This document shows positions 46,600-53,151 of a stretch of DNA of 53,151 bases, one piece after another. The notes beneath the pieces were generated by a model that saw only the letters and a list, made by a program, of their open reading frames with translations, was not told where the DNA came from and did not search any database. A program made the translations under genes and the position numbers. This stretch comes from an uncultured Candidatus Saccharibacteria bacterium. Its GTDB lineage: Bacteria > Patescibacteriota > Minisyncoccia > Phycocordibacterales > PALSA-1337. Positions within the stretch are counted from its first letter, which is position 1; every line of letters starts with the position of its first letter. The stretch covers positions 1 to 53,151 of the forward strand of contig CAZBVQ010000004.1 in the NCBI GenBank assembly GCA_964495685.1, read 5' to 3'.

Positions 46600-46773
46600 C
46601 TACTTGCCCTCGTCAACGATCTCAGTAGAGACCTTGCCATCAGCGGCAATATTCTTGACCGCGAGAGTCATACCGCAGTGATTACATTCGATGACCATAC
46701 CTGCTGCCAGATTGGGATATCGAGAGAGGTCGATGGTATTTTTGCATTCTGGACACATACAAAGCATATTCAT
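46600..46773 (-). CDS. LysW-like zinc-ribbon small carrier protein (57 aa)
   Basis: CPEC...CNHC and a C-terminal EIVDEGK. Start re-called at MNMLCMC, 9 nt after CATAAT. Confidence 0.7.
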   Translation of the reverse strand: MNMLCMCPECKNTIDLSRYPNLAAGMVIECNHCGMTLAVKNIAADGKVSTEIVDEGK

Positions 46774-46874
46774 AGTTTTGAGATTATGATGAAACATGAG
46801 TGGTAGATAACAAACGGCCGCAGAGCGTCCGTGCTTCACATGGTACCCGAAAAAAGGTAGTATGACAACATTCT

Positions 46875-47750
46875 ATGACAACTCCCCTCGAACACTACCC
46901 TGAATTGGCGTCAGCTATTGGTGTAGCCGACCTCTATTTCAAGCGCGAAGATCTGCACCCTTACGGGTCTCACAAGGGCCGCTCCATTCCGGTCATGATA
47001 GATACCTACTACGACACAGGCGACCGAGAATTCGCCATCTCTTCGTCAGGTAATGCGGCATTGGCGGCGGCAATACACGTACAGAGCAAACCTGACTGCA
47101 ACCTCAATATATTCGTAGGTAACCACGTCTCCCCCACCAAGCTCGAACGTATCGAGAAGGTCGCTGCGACCGCCAATGGCCGAATCCGCATCCTCACCAA
47201 AGAACGCCCCCTCCAGGCACTTACCCAAGCGATAAGTGAGGGCAAACGAAGTCTCCGCCAGTCGACAGATGACGTCGCTCTCGTCGGCTATCAGTCATTG
47301 GCCGAAGAATTGGCCACAGCAGCACAATCAGACAAAATAGCCGCCCTATTCATCGGCACATCTTCAGGAACAACAGCCCAAGCCCTAGCGAGCTATTTTT
47401 TGAACAAAAAAATCCCTATTCAAGTGCACATAGTCCAGACGTCCTCATGCCATCCACTTGCCCAAGAATTCAATCCGTATGATGGCCCTGATGAACGTTC
47501 CCGCGCTGACGCTATTGTCGATATCTCTGCCCAACGGAAGTCGACACTCATCCCACTCATCGAGAAAACAGGTGGTTCCGGTTGGATTGCCACCAACGAA
47601 GATATTGATGCCGCCCGAGAACTGGTACGCGAACACACTCGATTAGATATTTCGACCAATAGCGCACTTTCGATAGTCGGCGCCATGAAATCGACCTACA
47701 TCGATTATGAAATTGATGGCGCAGTCGTCTGTATGATTTGTGGAGAGTAG
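46875..47750 (+). CDS. PLP-dependent fold-type II enzyme (threonine synthase/cysteine synthase-like)
   Basis: YFKREDLHPYGSHKGR (PLP Lys), SSSGNAA and GTSSGTT phosphate loop. Confidence 0.85.
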   Translation: MTTPLEHYPELASAIGVADLYFKREDLHPYGSHKGRSIPVMIDTYYDTGDREFAISSSGNAALAAAIHVQSKPDCNLNIFVGNHVSPTKLERIEKVAATANGRIRILTKERPLQALTQAISEGKRSLRQSTDDVALVGYQSLAEELATAAQSDKIAALFIGTSSGTTAQALASYFLNKKIPIQVHIVQTSSCHPLAQEFNPYDGPDERSRADAIVDISAQRKSTLIPLIEKTGGSGWIATNEDIDAARELVREHTRLDISTNSALSIVGAMKSTYIDYEIDGAVVCMICGE

Positions 47751-47908
47751 CTGGCGGACATTTCATCTGAGTGTCGAGGACTGTTTGAGTCGCCGAACTT
47801 GGCTAGGCCTTTTGGCACGGTCAGATTTTTGCCCCGTGTGACAAAAGGCCTTGCAAGTTCGTGTGACGAGTTCCGCAGACACTCAGATGAAATGTCCGCC
47901 AGCTACTC
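47745..47908. repeat. Hairpin element copy 2: same 102-nt core inside a different perfect 31-bp inverted repeat
   Basis: Arms 47745-47775 and 47878-47908 are exact reverse complements. The left arm includes the last codon and TAG of the upstream gene. Confidence 0.95.
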
Positions 47909-47914
47909 AGACAC

Positions 47915-49276
47915 CTACAACCCCCTCACTGCCCGCACGAACTTGTCTCCACGTTCCCACTTGGAACCCTCGATACCGCCCGCATCGAATCCTGGACTGA
48001 ACAAGACACGATCGCCTTTTTGGGCACACTCGGAGGCTGTCCGCACCGCTTCTTCAATAGATGGAACTGTCCGGACATCCACCTGCTCGATAGTGTGCAA
48101 CAACGTGCGTTGGCGCATGGTACCACTACCAGGAATAGTGATAATCGTGTGCACATATTGTGGCAACTGACTATACAGTGCCTGATATTCATACCCCCCA
48201 TCGACACCACCGAAAATCAAGATCATATTCCTGCCCTGCGACAACGCCTCCACACCGGCACGTGCGGACTCGGGCGTCATGGAAGCCGTGTCATTATAAT
48301 ATTCAACGCCCTTGACCTTCTTGACCAATTCGAGACGACCCTTGAGCGCCTTCCAATCGACGAGCACATGTCGCGCCATATCCTCATCCACTTTGAACAA
48401 GGAAGCTGCCTGAAGTGCGAGGGCCGCATTGAGTCGATCATGGATACCTCGCCCTTCGAAACCCCATTCATCTGGTACACGCATCGCCTTGGTACGGAAC
48501 ATCTTGGCACGCTGTTGGATCGGCGCCTGGCGCACCGCATCGATAATCTCGTCAGTAGCAATAAGGAAATTGTTGTATGTCTGATAGGCCAATACCTGGA
48601 AGGGTGATTCCATGAGTCCACGTACTGTCGGCATATTCGTGAATATGGCAACATGCGGACTAATCCTCATGGCGTAGAGATCGGGAATAAGTTCATCGAC
48701 AATACGCATAAGCACAATATCACCACTGGTGATCTTCTTGAGACGGACGAGTGTACCATCAGCTGATTCCGGGTCAATCACATGCACATTCTGCGCCTCA
48801 TAGGTATGACAGGCCTTCTCAAGCATCGGAGCAAGAATAGACATGACCGTTGATTTGCCGCACACACCCATGACGCCGATGAGCGTCACCGGTGGAGCCA
48901 GCTTGAAAAAGAGCGTCTCTGGGTATTCGACAGATATAGGCTTCCGAGCCATATCCAATCGTCCTTGTTCCTGTTGTGTGTTGTGCGCATATATATCTCT
49001 CAAGAAGGAAGAATCTCGTGGATACTCTCGTGAGAGGATAATCAGATCCATATCGAGCAAATCTTCAGCTGGAATAGACCCGCAAATATAATTGGCGAGG
49101 CCGATCGATCGCAAGAATACGAGATGATGTTTGAGGCGGGCCTCACTTTTTAGGTCATATATAGAGACCCAGGCACCTGCCTTGATGAGATATTTGACAT
49201 CTTCGACCATCTCACCATGCGGGCCCAGGCCGATAACGGCCACTCGTTTGCCCTTGAAATAGTCGCGCAATGCCAT
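47915..49276 (-). CDS. murD: MurD-like Mur ligase, divergent
   Basis: Start re-called at MALRDYFKGKRVAVIGLG (49276). P-loop GVCGKST, GRLE, YYNDT, LIFGG and GDRVLFSPG. Confidence 0.7.
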   Translation of the reverse strand: MALRDYFKGKRVAVIGLGPHGEMVEDVKYLIKAGAWVSIYDLKSEARLKHHLVFLRSIGLANYICGSIPAEDLLDMDLIILSREYPRDSSFLRDIYAHNTQQEQGRLDMARKPISVEYPETLFFKLAPPVTLIGVMGVCGKSTVMSILAPMLEKACHTYEAQNVHVIDPESADGTLVRLKKITSGDIVLMRIVDELIPDLYAMRISPHVAIFTNMPTVRGLMESPFQVLAYQTYNNFLIATDEIIDAVRQAPIQQRAKMFRTKAMRVPDEWGFEGRGIHDRLNAALALQAASLFKVDEDMARHVLVDWKALKGRLELVKKVKGVEYYNDTASMTPESARAGVEALSQGRNMILIFGGVDGGYEYQALYSQLPQYVHTIITIPGSGTMRQRTLLHTIEQVDVRTVPSIEEAVRTASECAQKGDRVLFSPGFDAGGIEGSKWERGDKFVRAVRGL

Positions 49277-49301
49277 GATACGGGGTAGTGTACAGCGAAA
49301 T

Positions 49302-49607
49302 TTACACCCTCGCAATGAGCTGTTTCACTTTGATTAATTCCTGAAGCAATGCCTGAATCTTGACCCCCTCATGAGTATCCGAGCCACCGGAGGCAACAAA
49401 TGAAGTAAGCTTCTTCATGAAGACAGTATATATGTCATTCTGATACTGTTCGAGGACTTTGCGTTCAGTGGCATCGGTCACAGGGGTACCGAAACGACGA
49501 TCCATGACGCGCATCAAGGTCTCGGAACGATGTATCCCTTCATACATGATCGAATCATGTCGAATAATCCCGTCAAGGGATGGTGATACGAACTGATAAT
49601 CTCTCAT
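49302..49607 (-). CDS. Hypothetical protein (101 aa)
   Basis: Starts 5 nt after the radC stop and fills the gap to murD; helical composition. Confidence 0.55.
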   Translation of the reverse strand: MRDYQFVSPSLDGIIRHDSIMYEGIHRSETLMRVMDRRFGTPVTDATERKVLEQYQNDIYTVFMKKLTSFVASGGSDTHEGVKIQALLQELIKVKQLIARV

Positions 49608-49611
49608 GGTA

Positions 49612-50352
49612 TTAGTTGTAGTCCACGTTCACACTAGCGAACGTGTCTTTGCCGATGATGACATGATCGAGCACACGAATGCCCAAGATCTTCCCTGCCT
49701 GGACAAGCTGTTTGGTGATTTCGATGTCTTCGGTACTCGGAATAGCCTCGCCGGATGGATGATTGTGAGCCAGGACGACTGCCACCGCATTGGAATCAAC
49801 GCCGAGTTTGAAAACTTCTCGTGGGTGTATCAAATTTGAATTGATGGTACCGATCGATATGACTTCATCTCTGATAATACGGTTGTGCGTATTGAGATAG
49901 AGCCCCCGCAAATGCTCCTTGGGGAGATTGCGCATATCCTGCAGATACTCATATACATCTTTTGCGTTGCGGATGGTCGTGTATCCAGAATGATTCTTGT
50001 CATAACAGCGACGACCAATCTCTCCGACAGCCACGATCTGCATAGCCTTGCCAAGCGGGATATCCATATCCTCAGCCAGACGCTTGGGATCACGCCATGA
50101 AATAATGCTGCGTTCTCCGTAATCGCGGATAATACGGCTGGACATTTCGGCGACGTCTTCTTTGACCGTGCCCGTCGTGAGCACGATAGATAGAAGCTCA
50201 TTCAAGCTGAGCGCCTCGGGTCCTTGGGCCTGAAGTTTCTCACGTGGTCGATCTTCGGGAGGCAGGTCTCGAAGCAGCAATGGATATTGCTGGTGCGAGC
50301 TCCCGTCGAGGATGAGCGTGGTATCAGGAATGATGTACATGCTTTTCCGCAT
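49612..50352 (-). CDS. radC: RadC/JAB (UPF0758) family protein
   Basis: DRPREKL..G.EALS..ELL and HPREVF...HNHPSG...PS.ED. Confidence 0.93.
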   Translation of the reverse strand: MRKSMYIIPDTTLILDGSSHQQYPLLLRDLPPEDRPREKLQAQGPEALSLNELLSIVLTTGTVKEDVAEMSSRIIRDYGERSIISWRDPKRLAEDMDIPLGKAMQIVAVGEIGRRCYDKNHSGYTTIRNAKDVYEYLQDMRNLPKEHLRGLYLNTHNRIIRDEVISIGTINSNLIHPREVFKLGVDSNAVAVVLAHNHPSGEAIPSTEDIEITKQLVQAGKILGIRVLDHVIIGKDTFASVNVDYN

Positions 50353-50402
50353 GCACGAAGTATATCACAAAATATTTCTGACAAAAGGCCTCGCCTGAAT
50401 GG

Positions 50403-51818
50403 CTACAGTGTCTCCACCAATATCATATTGGTATCCGCTGCCGTGCCAAGCGGCATACCTCCGACAATCACCACCTTGTCTCCCTTGTCTGCCTCACCGG
50501 TCTTGAGGATGGTTTCGCGTACGACACGCATGATCTCATCGACAGTCTTGAAGGTCGGAGCTTGCATAGGATAACATCCGAAAGTCAACATCAACTTGGC
50601 AGTATCTTGCGGGTTGTCTGAGAGTGCCAAAATCCGCTCAGCCGGACGATAGCGAGCAATCATGCGCGCGGAACGACCCGAACGAGTCAACGCCACGATC
50701 AGCTTGGCTCCGACATTGTGTGCGGCACGAACAGCGGACTGCGATACCACATCAGTGACGCCGTGTGATGAATCATATTCAGCAATCGTATCCCGAGTGT
50801 AGACTTCGGATTCGACACGGATCGCCACTTTGGTCATCATCCGGACTGCCTCGACCGGAAAACTTCCGAGAGTGGTCTCTTCTGAGAGCATAATTGCGTC
50901 AGTGCCATCAATGATCGCATTGGCAATATCTGATACCTCGGCACGGGTCGGTACGGAATTCTTGATCATCGACTCGAGCATCTGCGTAGCAGTGATAACT
51001 GGCTTACCGACGGCGTTACATTTGTGTATGAGCATCTTCTGGACCAGAGGCACTTCCTCGGCAGGTATTTCGACCGCCAGATCACCTCGAGCAACCATGA
51101 TAGCGTCCGATAATTCAATAATAGCATCGATATTTTCGAGTGCTTCAGGAGTCTCTATTTTGGATATGATCTGCGCCTTGGAGCCAGCTGCAGTGAGTAT
51201 GGCACGGAGATCTTGGACATCAGACGCACGACGCACGAAGGATAAGGCCACGAAATCAACGTTGTTCTTGATACCAAACTCGACGTCGGCACGATCTTTC
51301 TCGGTGAGAGCAGACAGTGACAGATTGGCTCCAGGGACATTGACACCTTTCTTGCCAGATAGACTACCTCCAATCATGACTTTGCAGATAATATCATTGC
51401 CCTTGACCTCAGTGACTTGAAGTCTCTTGGTACCATCCTGGAGCATGATCATGCCTCCAACCTTGACCTCTTTGGGCAACTGCGGATAGTTGATATGTAC
51501 GCGGTTTTCATCACCTTCAATCTCGTCGGTAGTAAGCGTGAATGTCTTACCCTCATGAAGGGTGATCATCTTGTCCTTGAATGTACCAATACGAATCTTC
51601 GGCCCACACAAATCTTGAAGAATAGCGACTGTTTTGCCTGTTTTCTTCATAATCTCACGAAGATTGTCGACGCGCTTCTGATGTTCTGCGAAGTCGCCAT
51701 GGGAGAAGTTGAGACGCATGACATTCATGCCTGCTTCAACGAGCTGTGACATAGGTTCGCTATTCTCAGTGACAGGTCCGATAGTGCAGACGATCTTGGT
51801 TTTCTTGCCGAGGTTCAT
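50403..51818 (-). CDS. pyk: Pyruvate kinase
   Basis: Start re-called at MNLGKKTKIVCTIGP. Motifs RLNFSHG, DLCGPKIR, KIE, IMVARGDL, TATQMLESM and DAIMLSEET. Confidence 0.97.
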   Translation of the reverse strand: MNLGKKTKIVCTIGPVTENSEPMSQLVEAGMNVMRLNFSHGDFAEHQKRVDNLREIMKKTGKTVAILQDLCGPKIRIGTFKDKMITLHEGKTFTLTTDEIEGDENRVHINYPQLPKEVKVGGMIMLQDGTKRLQVTEVKGNDIICKVMIGGSLSGKKGVNVPGANLSLSALTEKDRADVEFGIKNNVDFVALSFVRRASDVQDLRAILTAAGSKAQIISKIETPEALENIDAIIELSDAIMVARGDLAVEIPAEEVPLVQKMLIHKCNAVGKPVITATQMLESMIKNSVPTRAEVSDIANAIIDGTDAIMLSEETTLGSFPVEAVRMMTKVAIRVESEVYTRDTIAEYDSSHGVTDVVSQSAVRAAHNVGAKLIVALTRSGRSARMIARYRPAERILALSDNPQDTAKLMLTFGCYPMQAPTFKTVDEIMRVVRETILKTGEADKGDKVVIVGGMPLGTAADTNMILVETL

Positions 51819-51890
51819 GGATGGTAGGTATTTTGTTTTGTTAAAATGAGAAACCATTATAGCATAATATATGAGTCTACAAAAGGGTTT

Positions 51891-52886
51891 TTAGTCTCTT
51901 ATCAATTTTGGGTTGGGAGGATATCTGTCTGGATCAATGGTGCGATCGAAACATACCCGGCCCACACCATGCGTCCACACATCACTCGAACGTATGCCCG
52001 GGTACGCGGCTGGAGTAGCCATATCTATCGCATAGGAACTTCCTCCGCCATAGTAACCGCCTCTACCCTTCGTATCCTGAGATGCCCGACTGAATACCGC
52101 ACAGAGCTGGAATGACATCCCGCCCGCCGTGCCCTGAGTACCCGAAATAGCCTTGATTGAGTACCCATACGGCTGATCGGTCTCTGGATCTGTCGGTACG
52201 ACGAAACCAGTCGTCTCATCCGTCAAGTCATCGAGGAGTGCGGGCAACTTTTCTTTGTGTTGCCAATAGTTGATCACTTGCCACTGAATGCTCTGCAAGT
52301 CCCCTGTACGCTGATTGTCGAAACGAAGATCCCGCTGCTTGGCTGGTGAACCTACGGCAATGAATCCGATAACGATCGCGGCGACAACCACTACAATACC
52401 CGCAATTGCCAGTGAGCGCTGAATCGCCTTGCGGGCAACTGATGAAGAACGTTCGTAGAGTTGGTAGATAAATACCACAGCTGCAATCACCAAGACTGCC
52501 ACGACTTTCCAGACGAAACGAGCGCCGATTTCCCCATTCAAGTAGATATTGATAAGAGCGACGAGGTCAGCAATGATAGTTATGCCCGCCAAGAATAGAG
52601 TCAGGTATATACGCCAGCGACGTACCCAGATCTCTGCCTTCTCGGGCATACGGACGATATCACGACGGATAAGCCACTCGAGGATGTAGTAGGTCGGCAC
52701 CAGAACGATGAGCATCGATACAGGCCAGGCGATGGCGTTGCCGTAGAAATAGCCAGCCAATGCATCTGGGAAGTAATAATCGATGACCCTAAAATAGAGG
52801 TTGATAAGGGAGCCAGCAGCAATGTAGAGAGCCGCAGTGGCACCAAGGTGCAGGAAAAAGTCCTTGGGGGTTGTGGTGGTGTTCAT
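51891..52886 (-). CDS. DUF5671-like membrane protein
   Basis: TPKDFFLHLG start, several TM helices, WRIYLTLF and GSP..QR..RFD..R..DL. Confidence 0.7.
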   Translation of the reverse strand: MNTTTTPKDFFLHLGATAALYIAAGSLINLYFRVIDYYFPDALAGYFYGNAIAWPVSMLIVLVPTYYILEWLIRRDIVRMPEKAEIWVRRWRIYLTLFLAGITIIADLVALINIYLNGEIGARFVWKVVAVLVIAAVVFIYQLYERSSSVARKAIQRSLAIAGIVVVVAAIVIGFIAVGSPAKQRDLRFDNQRTGDLQSIQWQVINYWQHKEKLPALLDDLTDETTGFVVPTDPETDQPYGYSIKAISGTQGTAGGMSFQLCAVFSRASQDTKGRGGYYGGGSSYAIDMATPAAYPGIRSSDVWTHGVGRVCFDRTIDPDRYPPNPKLIRD

Positions 52887-52892
52887 AGGGGT

Positions 52893-52901
52893 ATTATAGC
52901 A
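52893..52901 (-). promoter_or_regulatory. Extended -10 promoter TGCTATAAT positioned for a leaderless mRNA
   Basis: TGcTATAAT exactly 6 nt upstream of the ATG at 52886; no SD sequence. Confidence 0.65.
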
Positions 52902-52938
52902 CCCCCAAGAGGCATTGCTTGTGGTTACCTAACGTTTA

Positions 52939-53116
52939 GTGCGCGCACTAGGATTCGCCCGCGCCTCTCGCCTCACCAGTTCGGCTCGGGCTGGGCACCG
53001 GCTCGCGGCCTCGCGTGCTCGCTCGGCATCGCTCCGCCGTTCGAATCCTTGGACGCAACGTGCCGCAGGGCACGTTGCTCGTAGTTACATTGTATCTGTG
53101 CGCGCACTAGGATTCG
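52939..53116. repeat. 19-bp direct duplication of the tRNA 3' end enclosing a structured GC-rich segment (159-bp period)
   Basis: GTGCGCGCACTAGGATTCG at 52939-52957 and 53098-53116. Confidence 0.9.
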
Positions 53117-53151
53117 AACCTAGGACCCCACCAGTATCAGTGGTGTGCTCT
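53099..53151 (-). tRNA. tRNA-Ile(GAU), 5' end cut off by the window edge
   Basis: Minus strand reads AGAGCA-CACCA-CTGATAC-TGGTG-GGGTC-CTAGG-TTCGAAT-CCTAG-TGCGCGC-A. Anticodon GAT at 53138-53136; CCA is not encoded. Confidence 0.9.

Noticed and set aside
43146-47908. CRISPR array interpretation of the repeats and 31-32 nt arms
   Set aside because: There are only two dispersed copies 4.6 kb apart, the arms are inverted rather than spacer-like, and no cas genes are present.
43135-48170. Two ORFs (43135-43356 and 47799-48170) sharing the peptide ARPFGTVRFLPRVTKGLASSC
   Set aside because: The identity simply reflects translation of the repeated non-coding core; there is no sign of a real protein.
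49612-50352. radC as a marker of a mobile element or defence island
   Set aside because: It is the full-length chromosomal type next to pyk, with no integrase or mobile genes around it.
50379-50391. 13-nt match TGACAAAAGGCCT to the hairpin-element core in the pyk-radC gap
   Set aside because: It is too short to exclude chance and has no flanking inverted repeat. It could be a decayed copy but is not supportable.
52939-53151. Prophage or ICE attachment site at the tRNA
   Set aside because: The duplicated ends are only 159 bp apart and no integrase or phage genes lie in the window.

Overview
The window looks like a chromosomal segment of a small-genome bacterium. Patescibacteria/Parcubacteria affinity is inferred from gene content (degenerate MurD, VirD4/HerA-like ATPase with low-complexity tail, DUF4015- and DUF5671-like proteins, many leaderless-type promoters) and was not tested. 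(1) About 0.1-34.2 kb is a large minus-strand surface-glycan locus. It holds an O-antigen-ligase/TPR protein, an ABC flippase-like exporter, a pseudaminic-acid-like core (PseB, PseC, NeuB/PseI, SpsF-type cytidylyltransferase) with no recognisable PseG/PseH, many tailoring enzymes (class III aminotransferase, aldo-keto reductase, ATP-grasp, three methyltransferases, IMPase, APH-like kinase, YdcF, IolB/KduI-like, SDR) and about 12 glycosyltransferase-like genes. (2) About 34-39.8 kb has a VirD4-like ATPase, small stand-alone genes, a DUF4015-like hydrolase and rsmI. (3) About 39.9-49.3 kb is an unusual cell-wall/peptide-assembly cluster: ATP-grasp ligase, NlpC/P60-like enzyme, MraY with an insertion, ATE/Bpt-like aminoacyl-tRNA transferase, Mpl-like ligase, a LysW-like Zn-ribbon carrier ending in DEGK, a PLP fold-II enzyme and a MurD-like protein. 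(4) The end carries radC, pyk, a DUF5671-like gene and a partial tRNA-Ile(GAU). The most striking non-coding signals are two copies of a 102-nt core (99/102 identical), each enclosed by a different, locus-specific perfect 31-32 bp inverted repeat, a third perfect 32-bp inverted repeat, and a 159-bp mini-element that duplicates the tRNA 3' end. All protein assignments come from motif recognition by eye; no database search was run.
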